DNA of 64,000 nucleotides. It comes from a virus. Taxonomy: Duplodnaviria; Caudoviricetes. Where the stretch lies: positions 1-64,000 of the IMG/VR virus record IMGVR_UViG_2911420635_000004; one strand, written 5' to 3'. This document shows, one piece after another, positions 39,301 to 47,645 of the stretch. How positions within the stretch are numbered: the stretch's first letter is position 1; every line of letters begins with the position of its first letter. A program made the position numbers and the translations under genes. The notes under the pieces are model-generated. The model worked only from the letters and a program-made list of their open reading frames with translations, was not told where the DNA came from and made no database searches.

Positions 39301-39814
39301 GTTGATCAGCCGAGTCCCATCCAGATATTATCTTGCCTACGGAAGCAACCTCGACATGGAGCGGATGGGAAAGAGATGCCCCTACGCTGTGGTGGTCGGC
39401 ACGACCGAGATCAAGGGCTACCGGCTTCTGTTCAAAAAGAGCAAGACCGGCTGCTATGCCACCATCGAGCAGGATGCCAATGAAAGCGTACCTGCGGTGG
39501 TCTGGAAACTCTCGGAATACGATGAACTCCTGCTGGACCGGTACGAGGGCTGCCCACGATACTACTACAAGAAGCAGTTCCAGCTTCCGGTCTGGAACCT
39601 GAACGGGAACCGCATGAAAAAGGCAAAGCCCTGCATCGCTTATGTGATGCACGAGGACCGGCGGCTTGGCTGCCCGGATGCCGAGTATTTTGAACTGCTG
39701 CAGGGCGGATACAGCGACTGGAAGTTTCCGCTGGATACACTGAAGCGTGGACTGGCAGCCAGTATCGGAAGGGCGGAAGCCATCCGGTATCTGAAGAAGC
39801 GGCAGATGATGTAA
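39293..39814 (+). CDS. Gamma-glutamylcyclotransferase (AIG2-like) 1
   Basis: YLAYGSNL, RCP, LDRYEG..YY motifs. Confidence 0.88.
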   Translation: MFELISRVPSRYYLAYGSNLDMERMGKRCPYAVVVGTTEIKGYRLLFKKSKTGCYATIEQDANESVPAVVWKLSEYDELLLDRYEGCPRYYYKKQFQLPVWNLNGNRMKKAKPCIAYVMHEDRRLGCPDAEYFELLQGGYSDWKFPLDTLKRGLAASIGRAEAIRYLKKRQMM

Positions 39815-39816
39815 GA

Positions 39817-39895
39817 GTACACGATCAAAAGCAAATAACATTGTGCAGTATATGATGCTCATCGGCCTTGATAAATCAGGGCAGAAGAGTGATAT
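39817..39895 (+). promoter_or_regulatory. Cassette promoter unit 3
   Basis: GTACAC...TTGTGCA upstream; TTGATA(39868)-N16-TGATAT(39890). Confidence 0.65.
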
Positions 39896-39944
39896 ATACC
39901 ATACCGCCAGACAAGAGCGGAGAAAACCGAAGGGAGAGATTCAA

Positions 39945-40424
39945 ATGAAGAACAAGAAATATTACATCGCCTACGGCAGCAACCTGTCGGTGGAGCAGAT
40001 GGCATACCGGTGTCCGGATGCAAAAATTGCAGGACAGGCGGTGCTGGCAGGCTGGGAGCTTTTGTTCCGAGGCTGCGCTACCATCGCACCGAACCCGAAG
40101 AAGAATACGCCGGTTCTGGTGTGGGAGATCTCGGAAAGGGACGAAGGAAACCTCGACCTCTATGAGGGCTACCCGAACTACTACCGCAAGGAAGACCTGA
40201 ACATTGAACTGCTCCGGGAAGAGGCAGAGCCGGAGATGGTGACCGCAATGGTCTACATCATGGAGAACGACTTCGGACGCCGCTCACCGAGCCGGTATTA
40301 CTACAAAGTCCTGCATGACGGCTACAAGGCATTCCACTTCCCGATGCACATCCTCGAAGGTGCGCTGAAGGAATGCATGGATAAGGATGCCGCCCAGCGG
40401 ATGATCGAGGAGGTGCAGGCATGA
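39945..40424 (+). CDS. Gamma-glutamylcyclotransferase (AIG2-like) 2
   Basis: YIAYGSNL, RCP, LDLYEG.P.YY, PSRYY motifs. Confidence 0.88.
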   Translation: MKNKKYYIAYGSNLSVEQMAYRCPDAKIAGQAVLAGWELLFRGCATIAPNPKKNTPVLVWEISERDEGNLDLYEGYPNYYRKEDLNIELLREEAEPEMVTAMVYIMENDFGRRSPSRYYYKVLHDGYKAFHFPMHILEGALKECMDKDAAQRMIEEVQA

Positions 40425-40888
40425 ATTTCGCAGATCAGAAAATGGTCAAGAAGTTGAGAAAAGAGTTCCCGGTCGGATGCCGGATCGTCCTCGATGAGAT
40501 GGATGACAGGCAGGCACCACCCATCGGAACGCAGGGAACCTGCAACGGGGTCGATGATGCCGGAAACATCTTAGTGAGCTGGGACACCGGAAGCCATCTG
40601 AACGTTGCCTACGGCGCGGACAGTTGCCACCGTGTGGCAACGGATGCCGAGGTCAAGGTGTCGCTTGACCGCCTTGGTAAAACGCGACAGACCGGCCCAC
40701 GTTGCCCCAGGTGCGGAGCAAAGCCTGACTGTTACGACCATCAGCAGCAGGCACTCAGCCGAAGGGCGGACATCCAGATCTGCAACCGCTGCGGAACGGA
40801 GGAAGCATTAGAGGACATTGCATGGGGCGGACAGCAGAAGATGCATCTTGCAGACTGGGCAATCGTGAAAGGGGGCTGGGTCGAATGA
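40421..40888 (+). CDS. DUF4314-like protein with C-terminal zinc ribbon
   Basis: FPVGCRIVLDEMDD...PPIGTQG...VDDAG.I.V.WD.G..L; CPRC...CNRC. Confidence 0.7.
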   Translation: MNFADQKMVKKLRKEFPVGCRIVLDEMDDRQAPPIGTQGTCNGVDDAGNILVSWDTGSHLNVAYGADSCHRVATDAEVKVSLDRLGKTRQTGPRCPRCGAKPDCYDHQQQALSRRADIQICNRCGTEEALEDIAWGGQQKMHLADWAIVKGGWVE

Positions 40889-41256
40889 AAGTTCTTCTGA
40901 TCAAACCGATGGAGCATCCGCAGGTGGTTGACATTGAAAACTCCCTGAAAGAGTTCTACCGCATCCTCGACTGCGACTGCATCACAGCCACCTACCCGTG
41001 GAAAGAACGCGCCGCCCTGGTCACCGATGACAACGGTCTGTTCACCGAGAAGTCATTCAGCAGATACATCCCGGAGCTGGAGCAGCCCATCAAGGGAAAC
41101 TTCTTCATCTGCGGACTGGGAGAGGAGGATTTCGCAGAACTGCCCCAGGACCTGATCCGGAAATTCAAGGAACGCTTCTGGGTGCCGGAGGCATTCGTCA
41201 GCATGTTCGGGCAGATGGCAGTCATCCAGATGGATGACGGAACGAAGCCGGAATAA
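40885..41256 (+). CDS. DUF3846-like protein
   Basis: MKVLLIKP....V.I...L...I.G.FFI.G...EDF..L pattern. Confidence 0.6.
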   Translation: MKVLLIKPMEHPQVVDIENSLKEFYRILDCDCITATYPWKERAALVTDDNGLFTEKSFSRYIPELEQPIKGNFFICGLGEEDFAELPQDLIRKFKERFWVPEAFVSMFGQMAVIQMDDGTKPE

Positions 41257-41327
41257 GATACCGCAATCAGAAAAATACCCTCTCGGCCAGAAAAGACCGG
41301 GAGGGCTTGGTTTAACAGGAGGAGCCT

Positions 41328-41519
41328 ATGGGACACAGAAAGATGCCTGCTTATGGCGAGAGGGAACACGGCGGCAGATACGTTCTGGATGAATACGAAT
41401 GGTCGAGAAACCACTGCAAGGCGGTGACCATCCGCAGATGGAAAAGGGATCTGAAAAAGAAAGCCAGAGCGCATAACCGCAGGGTGATGCATCAGGCAAT
41501 ACAGGGCGAAGCTGATTAG
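41328..41519 (+). CDS. Small basic hypothetical protein
   Basis: 63-aa ORF with ggagga RBS. Confidence 0.5.
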   Translation: MGHRKMPAYGEREHGGRYVLDEYEWSRNHCKAVTIRRWKRDLKKKARAHNRRVMHQAIQGEAD

Positions 41520-41569
41520 ACGGAAAATGGGGGCCTCAAAAGAATGAGAACCCCCTTCCAGTTTACTGT

Positions 41570-41648
41570 ATATTACCTCTGGAAAGCAACGATAGCAAGG
41601 AAAACCGCCGCCATAATGTACACAAACATCTGGCAGCGGTTTTGTGTA
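41570..41648 (-). promoter_or_regulatory. Cassette promoter unit (minus strand, no downstream ORF)
   Basis: TACACAAA..TTTGTGTA IR at 41619-41648; TTGCTA(41598)-N17-TAATAT(41575). Confidence 0.7.
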
Positions 41649-41719
41649 TCATACCAGACCAAAACGGAGGATACGAGGCAGAGTCCCAGCTTCTGCTGGG
41701 GGGAGCCTTTTGGGATTCC

Positions 41720-41971
41720 TTAGAAGAAATCCCTCATGCTCATGCCGACCTCGTTCAGTCGTTCTTCCATGCTGTGGTAGTGCCAATCCTCTTCCTCTTC
41801 TTCGGCTTCTTCCTCAAGCTCCTCTGGGAAAGGGTCGTGCCGCCATCCGGCTTTCTGGTATTCTTCTTCCCGAATGTCGTTGCGGTCGTAAATGTCCAGC
41901 TCGTATTCTTCTTCAAGCTCTGTGATGCGGTTTTCGATTGCGGTTTCAACTTCTGTAATGGTCTTTTTCAT
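41720..41971 (-). CDS. Small very acidic protein
   Basis: MKKTITEV...EELEEEAEEEEEDW; cggagg RBS; own cassette promoter. Confidence 0.7.
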   Translation of the reverse strand: MKKTITEVETAIENRITELEEEYELDIYDRNDIREEEYQKAGWRHDPFPEELEEEAEEEEEDWHYHSMEERLNEVGMSMRDFF

Positions 41972-42021
41972 GGTTTTTGTCCTCCGTTTTTGGTTTGGTT
42001 TTCTTTGCTTTCGTTGTGTGT

Positions 42022-42149
42022 ATAATGCCGCAGAAACACATATATAGCAAGTCAATCAGGGGTCATATATGTACCAAACATGAGGGACGAAGATCGTTGA
42101 TAATATGACGTTTTATGGCCTTGCTATCACAGGGCGGTGACGGTAATAT
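42022..42149. promoter_or_regulatory. Back-to-back cassette promoter units
   Basis: - TTGCTA(42050)-N17-CATTAT(42027); + TTGCTA(42121)-N17-TAATAT(42144). Confidence 0.75.
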
Positions 42150-42180
42150 ACAGCTACAAAAAGCAAAGGAGGACAACAAA

Positions 42181-42357
42181 ATGGCTGATTGGAGAACATG
42201 GAAAAAGGGAAGAAAGACAACATGGCACTGGAACGAATTTGATGGAAGCGGAAGCCGGGAAGGAATCATCACCGAGGTTCATGAAGACCACGCGATCATG
42301 GAAGCAGACGGCATGCACCTCTGGATCGACGATGACACGGCAGAGATGTTCAGCTAA
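42181..42357 (+). CDS. Small cassette protein (58 aa)
   Basis: ggagg RBS; follows a cassette promoter. Confidence 0.65.
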   Translation: MADWRTWKKGRKTTWHWNEFDGSGSREGIITEVHEDHAIMEADGMHLWIDDDTAEMFS

Positions 42358-42387
42358 GAAAAACGGGGAGGGAAACTTCCCCGGATA

Positions 42388-42467
42388 AACACATAAATCC
42401 ACCAGTTCAGGGCGCAGATGATTGTGTACTTTAGCCGCTTGATAGTATCCGGCAGTGACGGTAATAT
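42388..42467 (+). promoter_or_regulatory. Cassette promoter unit
   Basis: ACACATAAATC..GATTGTGT; TTGATA(42439)-N17-TAATAT(42462). Confidence 0.75.
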
Positions 42468-42497
42468 ACAGCTACCAAAACGAAAGGGGCAAAGAAC

Positions 42498-42704
42498 ATG
42501 GAACGCTACACTTACGAGGTCACCTTTACACGGCTGGATGGACAGCCGGATGAAATCCAGCAGCACACTAGCGAGGAGCTGGCAAGAGAATGCTTCCGGC
42601 TTTTTGATGAGCCGGACAGCGCAGAGATGTACAGCAAAATCGAACTTAGCCGCCATGACTGGGAGACAGGCATGGATGAAATTCTGGAAACGATGACATT
42701 CTGA
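42498..42704 (+). CDS. Small acidic cassette protein (68 aa)
   Basis: D/E-rich ORF directly after the promoter unit. Confidence 0.65.
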   Translation: MERYTYEVTFTRLDGQPDEIQQHTSEELARECFRLFDEPDSAEMYSKIELSRHDWETGMDEILETMTF

Positions 42705-42719
42705 GAGGAGAACAAAAAC

Positions 42720-42980
42720 ATGACCTACACAAAAATCAACCTTTACCTTGCAAACGGAATTCCGGAGGCACTCAGCAACCTCTGGTACGGAAGCGACAGC
42801 TCGGTGGTCGAGATCAGGGATGCCGTTGAGGATGCGAAGAACGGCAAGGACCTTCTGAACCGTATCCAAAAGATGAAGCTCCTTCGGAAATTCACCCTCG
42901 ACAGGGAGAACGACAAGCGCATCCGCTTCAAGGGAACGGACTGCTGGGGCAACGTAAGCTACCTTAAAATCATCCGCTAA
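42720..42980 (+). CDS. Small cassette protein (86 aa)
   Basis: ggaga RBS; followed by GGGCTGG/CCAGCCC + T-tract terminator. Confidence 0.65.
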   Translation: MTYTKINLYLANGIPEALSNLWYGSDSSVVEIRDAVEDAKNGKDLLNRIQKMKLLRKFTLDRENDKRIRFKGTDCWGNVSYLKIIR

Positions 42981-43060
42981 AGGCAAGGCCGACAGGCGCA
43001 AGGGGCTGGAAATGACCAGCCTTTTGCTCGTGTCTGTCTTCCGAAAGCTGGCATGAAAAG

Positions 43061-43138
43061 CACATGAATATGACAATTACAGGGCCGAATGATTGTGTAG
43101 TTTAGCCGCTTGATAGTGCTCCGAGGTGACGGTAATAT
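43061..43138 (+). promoter_or_regulatory. Cassette promoter unit
   Basis: GATTGTGTA..TAGCCGC TTGATA(43110)-N17-TAATAT(43133). Confidence 0.75.
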
Positions 43139-43182
43139 ACAGTCACCGAAAGGGGAAAACAACAAAAACGGAGGATACGACA

Positions 43183-43632
43183 ATGACGAAGAATGAAGAC
43201 CGCATCAATAAACTTTTCAAGGAACTGGTACCGGATACGGGCAAGGCAGACAGCCTCGCAGGGGAGCTGGTAAGGGCAATGAGCCGCATCGGATACCGCT
43301 TTTACAACGACGGCGACCAGCTGGGCATCGGCTACGGCAAGGAAACCTGCAACCCTGCAGGGCGGTTCCTTGGAGCCAAGGGCAACGACAAAATCGCAAA
43401 GCTGACTGCAGATGCCTGGGCAGTCTACAGTGAGGAAGCCTACGAAAAGGTTCTGGACATCCTTTGCGGAGCGGTTGCCGACTATGTTGAGCAGAACCCA
43501 GACCTTAGAAACCAGCCGACCGAAGATATGTGGGATTTCAAGGATGAGGAAGAAGACCAGGATGACAGCTGGGATGAAGAGGAAGATGACTGGGGCGAAG
43601 AGGAAGATTACGAGGACGAAGAAGACTACTAA
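43183..43632 (+). CDS. Cassette protein with hyper-acidic aromatic-punctuated tail
   Basis: 23 of the last 32 residues are D/E, interspersed with W/Y. Confidence 0.7.
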   Translation: MTKNEDRINKLFKELVPDTGKADSLAGELVRAMSRIGYRFYNDGDQLGIGYGKETCNPAGRFLGAKGNDKIAKLTADAWAVYSEEAYEKVLDILCGAVADYVEQNPDLRNQPTEDMWDFKDEEEDQDDSWDEEEDDWGEEEDYEDEEDY

Positions 43633-43686
43633 GCCAGAGAAACACATGGGGCTTGCCGGTAACGGTAGCCCTTTTCTTCTGCCGTA

Positions 43687-43758
43687 ATACGCACAGTTCC
43701 GGGGGAACATATTTGTGTAGTATAGCCGCTTGATAGTGTGTGACATAGACGGTAATAT
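43687..43758 (+). promoter_or_regulatory. Cassette promoter unit
   Basis: TTTGTGTA..TAGCCGC TTGATA(43730)-N17-TAATAT(43753). Confidence 0.75.
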
Positions 43759-43802
43759 GCACATACCGAAACGGAAAACCAAGAAAAACGGAGGAAAGCA
43801 CC

Positions 43803-43994
43803 ATGAAGAAGAACATCACCAAGGAAGAGGAAAAAACCCTGCTGGAGATCGCCAAGCGCCTGATGGCAGCGGTGGACAGCCGGGGCGACCTCGAAGCCCG
43901 CGACAATGACAGCGAGGACTTCATTGAGGTTCCGGTCTGGGGCATCCAGAAAGCAATGGAGGAAGCCTACCTGCTGGGACGGATGACCAGATAA
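43803..43994 (+). CDS. DUF6900-like small protein
   Basis: L..R..D..DF.EV.VW.I..A.E.AY..G pattern. Confidence 0.6.
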   Translation: MKKNITKEEEKTLLEIAKRLMAAVDSRGDLEARDNDSEDFIEVPVWGIQKAMEEAYLLGRMTR

Positions 43995-44122
43995 ACCGGC
44001 AGCCCCCGACACAGCCCCACACAGGGGCTTGTGCCACGGGTGGCAAAACGATCCGAAGGAACTGACAACGCCCCACACAGGGGCAGATGTGGCGGCGTGG
44101 ATGCGCCGGGAAGGAGAAGCAC

Positions 44123-44329
44123 ATGGAAGAACGGATGATGGATACCATCGTGGAAATCTACAACCACATGGATGACAGCGATAAGGATGCCTTCACGTTG
44201 GAAGATGCCGAGGATATGGTGGAAGACCAGATCAGGATGGATAAGGAAGCCGGACGGGAATCGCTGGCATATGACCCGCAGTTCTTCTACGATACCATTG
44301 TGGAACTCATGGAGCAGGACGAAGAGTGA
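44123..44329 (+). CDS. Small very acidic protein (68 aa)
   Basis: ggaga RBS; D/E-rich. Confidence 0.6.
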   Translation: MEERMMDTIVEIYNHMDDSDKDAFTLEDAEDMVEDQIRMDKEAGRESLAYDPQFFYDTIVELMEQDEE

Positions 44330-44407
44330 TGTACATTCTGCTTGGTATTCCGGGCAGAAGATCGTGTACTTTAGCCGCTTGCTATCCTTTGCACCTGACG
44401 GTAATAT
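44330..44407 (+). promoter_or_regulatory. Cassette promoter unit
   Basis: GATCGTGTACTTTAGCCGC TTGCTA(44379)-N17-TAATAT(44402). Confidence 0.75.
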
Positions 44408-44463
44408 GCACATACCGAAAGGGGAAAGCCCCAAGGAATAACGAAAACACGGAGGATTTTACC

Positions 44464-44748
44464 ATGAAAATGCATTTGATTGACTTTCCAGAGGACAACA
44501 TCAGCATCGAGAGCTTCTACGACCGACTCAGACCTTGCTACGACAGCATCATGCAGTTCGGTGACAGGGTTCTGGTTGCCCAGATGAACTGGAACGGCAT
44601 GCTGGAGGGAGCGGTATACGGCTTTGTGGAAGACCCGGAGGAAGGCTGGTCACCGATTGAGTGCCGATTGGAGCTTCTGAAGATTTCCGATGAGACCTAC
44701 ACGGATGCCGGTCACGCAATCGAGTGGTGCATCAAGAACGCACACTGA
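44464..44748 (+). CDS. Small acidic cassette protein (94 aa)
   Basis: cggagg RBS; followed by a TTCG-loop terminator hairpin. Confidence 0.65.
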   Translation: MKMHLIDFPEDNISIESFYDRLRPCYDSIMQFGDRVLVAQMNWNGMLEGAVYGFVEDPEEGWSPIECRLELLKISDETYTDAGHAIEWCIKNAH

Positions 44749-44809
44749 AAAAGGGCAGAGCTCCTTCGGGGGCTTTTGCTCGTAGTGGCGGATTTCTCCG
44801 GCGTGTAAA

Positions 44810-44889
44810 TACACATAAATCCGACAAAAAGAGGTGTGTATGATCGTGCAGCATAGCCGCTTGCTATGTCCGGGCAGTGACGGTAATAT
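44810..44889 (+). promoter_or_regulatory. Cassette promoter unit
   Basis: TACACATAAATC..GTGTGTA; TAGCCGC TTGCTA(44861)-N17-TAATAT(44884). Confidence 0.75.
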
Positions 44890-44947
44890 ACAGTCACAAC
44901 GAAGGGAAAAGCCCTACGGAAAACAAAACACACGGAGGATACAGACC

Positions 44948-45325
44948 ATGACGAACAAAGCAAAAATCTACCTCAAGAACATTCAGGAAGCCGACACCGA
45001 GAAGAAGCTGATCGGCATCGAGATCGCCTTCAAGCAGGACATGACCCTCAGCTGCAACGACCTCGGAAGCCTTTGCAGGGCGGCAGAAGACAAGCGGTAC
45101 AGCCTGCGGAACAACGAGGAAACGTTGAAGCTGAAGCAGATCCTTTTCTTCCGGACGAAAGCGGAGATGGATGCCTACCACGACATGAGCCGCAAGCCGG
45201 AAGACTGGACAGAAGCGGAGATCGAGCAGCAGAGAAGCCGCTTCTGCAGCGTCTGGCAGGTCATCGAGGAAGCGGAGCTGGTCGATGAGTACGAGGCTTG
45301 GAAGGAAGCCAACCCCAACGCATAA
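44948..45325 (+). CDS. Cassette protein (125 aa, helical)
   Basis: cggagg RBS; follows a promoter unit. Confidence 0.65.
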   Translation: MTNKAKIYLKNIQEADTEKKLIGIEIAFKQDMTLSCNDLGSLCRAAEDKRYSLRNNEETLKLKQILFFRTKAEMDAYHDMSRKPEDWTEAEIEQQRSRFCSVWQVIEEAELVDEYEAWKEANPNA

Positions 45326-45457
45326 CAGCACCCAAAAGGTACACGCCCCGAAAAGGGGCTGTGCCTCGTATCCGATGTGTTTTATATAAAGTTGTCAAAA
45401 TGGGAAACTATTTACTATTCATACGAAAAAGTTTCTCGTTTGGGAAAATGATATTTT

Positions 45458-45482
45458 AAGGACTTCTTCGGAGGTCCTTTTT
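45458..45482 (+). terminator. cUUCGg terminator just upstream of the terminase genes
   Basis: AAGGACTTC TTCG GAGGTCCTT followed by a T-tract. Confidence 0.7.
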
Positions 45483-45516
45483 CTTTACCCATTTTTACAG
45501 AAGGGAGGGGAAGCCA

Positions 45517-45996
45517 ATGGCTACCAGAGGCAGAAAACCAAAGCCGACCGCCATGAAGGAGCTGGAAGGCAATCCGGGCAAGCATCCGCTGAACACCAGC
45601 GAACCGAAGCCCAACAAGAAAGCACCGGCCTGTCCGAAGTGGCTGGAGCCGGAAGCAAAGAAAGAGTGGCGTAGACTTGCCAAACAGATGGAAGCCATCG
45701 GCATCCTGACCGAAGTGGACATGGCGGCCTTTGCCGGTTACTGTCAGGCGTATGCCCGATGGAAGGAGGCAGAGGAGTTCATCACCCAGCACGGCACTAT
45801 CGTCAAGACCCCGTCCGGGTACTGGCAGCAGGTGCCGCAGGTGTCCATCGCCCAGACCTATCTGAAGATCATGAACAAGTTTGCAGAGCAGTTCGGTCTG
45901 ACCCCGTCCTCCCGAAGCCGGATCATTGCTTCGGACGGCGGTCCTGCGGATGCAGCTGATGAGATGGAGAATCTGCTGGGAGGAGGTGGAAGCTGA
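45517..45996 (+). CDS. terS: Terminase small subunit (P27 family)
   Basis: RGRKPKPTAMKELEGNPGK, P.WL...AKKEW, FGLTPSSR motifs. Confidence 0.92.
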   Translation: MATRGRKPKPTAMKELEGNPGKHPLNTSEPKPNKKAPACPKWLEPEAKKEWRRLAKQMEAIGILTEVDMAAFAGYCQAYARWKEAEEFITQHGTIVKTPSGYWQQVPQVSIAQTYLKIMNKFAEQFGLTPSSRSRIIASDGGPADAADEMENLLGGGGS

Positions 45997-47621
45997 TGGC
46001 AGAGTGCAGACCCCAAAACTATCCGAAACTGAAGGACTACAAACCCAGCCGGTTCATGCTTCCGACCTGCCATTACGATGCCGCAAAAGCAGACCGGGCA
46101 GTGACTTTTATCGAAAACCTGCGTCATACCAAAGGCAAGTGGGCGGGCAAGCGGTTCTGGCTGCTTCCTTGGCAGGAGCAGATCATCCGGGATGTGTTCG
46201 GCATCGTGGATGAAAAGGGAAACCGTCAGTTTCGCACGGCTTATGTCGAAATAGGTAAGAAGAACGGCAAGTCCGAACTTGCCGCTGCGGTGGCTCTGTA
46301 TCTGCTTTTTGCCGATAATGAGCCATCTGCCGAAGTCTATGGTGCGGCGGCTGACCGCCAGCAGGCATCCATTGTTTTTGATGTTGCCCACCAAATGGTG
46401 CAGATGACCCCGGCACTTTTGAAACGGTGCAAGATCATGGCAGCCACCAAGCGCATCGTGAACTACGGGAACGCAGGATTTTATCAGGTTCTGTCTGCCG
46501 AAGTTGGTACGAAGCACGGTCTGAACGTGTCAGGTCTGGTGCTGGATGAGGTTCATGCCCAGCCAAACCGAAAACTCTACGATGTCCTTACCAAAGGTTC
46601 CGGTGATGCCCGTGAGCAGCCGTTGTTCTTCCTGATCACCACGGCCGGCACGGACAAGGAGAGCATCTGCTACGAGCTCCACATGAAAGCCCTTGACCTG
46701 CTGGCTGGACGTAAGATCGACCACACCTTTTATCCTGTGGTCTATGGACTGACAGATGAGGATGACTGGCATGATGAAGCCAACTGGTATAAGGCAAATC
46801 CCTCATTGGGGCAGACCATTCAGATCCAGCGTGTCCGGGATGCATATCAGGAAGCACTGGATAACCCGGCAGAGGAGAATGTGTTCAAGCAACTTCGTCT
46901 GAACATGTGGGTGTCCTCGCTGACCCGGTTTATCCCGGAACACATCTATGACCTCGGCAATCAGCCAATCGATATGGAAGCACTTAAAGGCCGTGACTGT
47001 TATGGAGGACTGGACTTGTCCAGCACTGGAGACATCACGGCTTTTGTGCTGATGTTCCCGCCCAGAGTTCCAGAGGAGAAGTACATCATGCTTCCGTTTT
47101 TCTGGATACCGGAGGATACGATCCCCCAGCGGGTGCGCAGGGCATCCGTTCCGTATGATGTCTGGTATCAGCAGGGCTACCTGATGGCGACAGAAGGCAA
47201 TGTCATCCACTACGGATTTATTGAAAAGGTCATCGAGGAACTAGGCAAGACCTACCATATTTTAGAGATTGCCTTTGACCGATGGGGAGCCGTGCAGATG
47301 ACCCAGAACCTTGAGGGGATGGGATTCACAGTCGTTCCTTTCGGTCAGGGCTTTAAAGATATGAGCCCGCCTACCAAGGAGTTCTACAAGCTCCTGATGG
47401 AAGGCAGGATCATCCACGGCGGCAATCCGGTTATGGCATGGATGGCGGGGAATGTGGTCGTGGATACCGACCCGGCTGGCAACATCAAGCCGACCAAGGC
47501 GAAGTCGCCGGAGAAAATCGATGGTATCGTCGCTGCGATCATGGCACTGGACCGCTGCATCCGAAATGAAGGTCAGCAGCAGGGAAGCGTCTACGACGAA
47601 CGTGACATGATCGTTTTTTGA
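45996..47621 (+). CDS. terL: Terminase large subunit
   Basis: Walker A IGKKNGKSEL, LDEVH, ITTAG, GLDLSST, KIDGIVA motifs. Confidence 0.95.
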   Translation: MAECRPQNYPKLKDYKPSRFMLPTCHYDAAKADRAVTFIENLRHTKGKWAGKRFWLLPWQEQIIRDVFGIVDEKGNRQFRTAYVEIGKKNGKSELAAAVALYLLFADNEPSAEVYGAAADRQQASIVFDVAHQMVQMTPALLKRCKIMAATKRIVNYGNAGFYQVLSAEVGTKHGLNVSGLVLDEVHAQPNRKLYDVLTKGSGDAREQPLFFLITTAGTDKESICYELHMKALDLLAGRKIDHTFYPVVYGLTDEDDWHDEANWYKANPSLGQTIQIQRVRDAYQEALDNPAEENVFKQLRLNMWVSSLTRFIPEHIYDLGNQPIDMEALKGRDCYGGLDLSSTGDITAFVLMFPPRVPEEKYIMLPFFWIPEDTIPQRVRRASVPYDVWYQQGYLMATEGNVIHYGFIEKVIEELGKTYHILEIAFDRWGAVQMTQNLEGMGFTVVPFGQGFKDMSPPTKEFYKLLMEGRIIHGGNPVMAWMAGNVVVDTDPAGNIKPTKAKSPEKIDGIVAAIMALDRCIRNEGQQQGSVYDERDMIVF

Positions 47622-47645
47622 TATGAAGATTTGGAGGAAAACACA

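Noticed and set aside
41642-42402. Alternative overlapping ORFs in the cassette region (e.g. 41642-42025 +, 42137-42388 +)
   Set aside because: They lack an RBS and run through promoter units; the chosen ORFs follow GGAGG directly after each promoter
36482-44889. Repeats as a CRISPR array
   Set aside because: Copies are degenerate, promoter-shaped and separated by whole genes of 300-2000 bp, not constant short spacers; no cas genes
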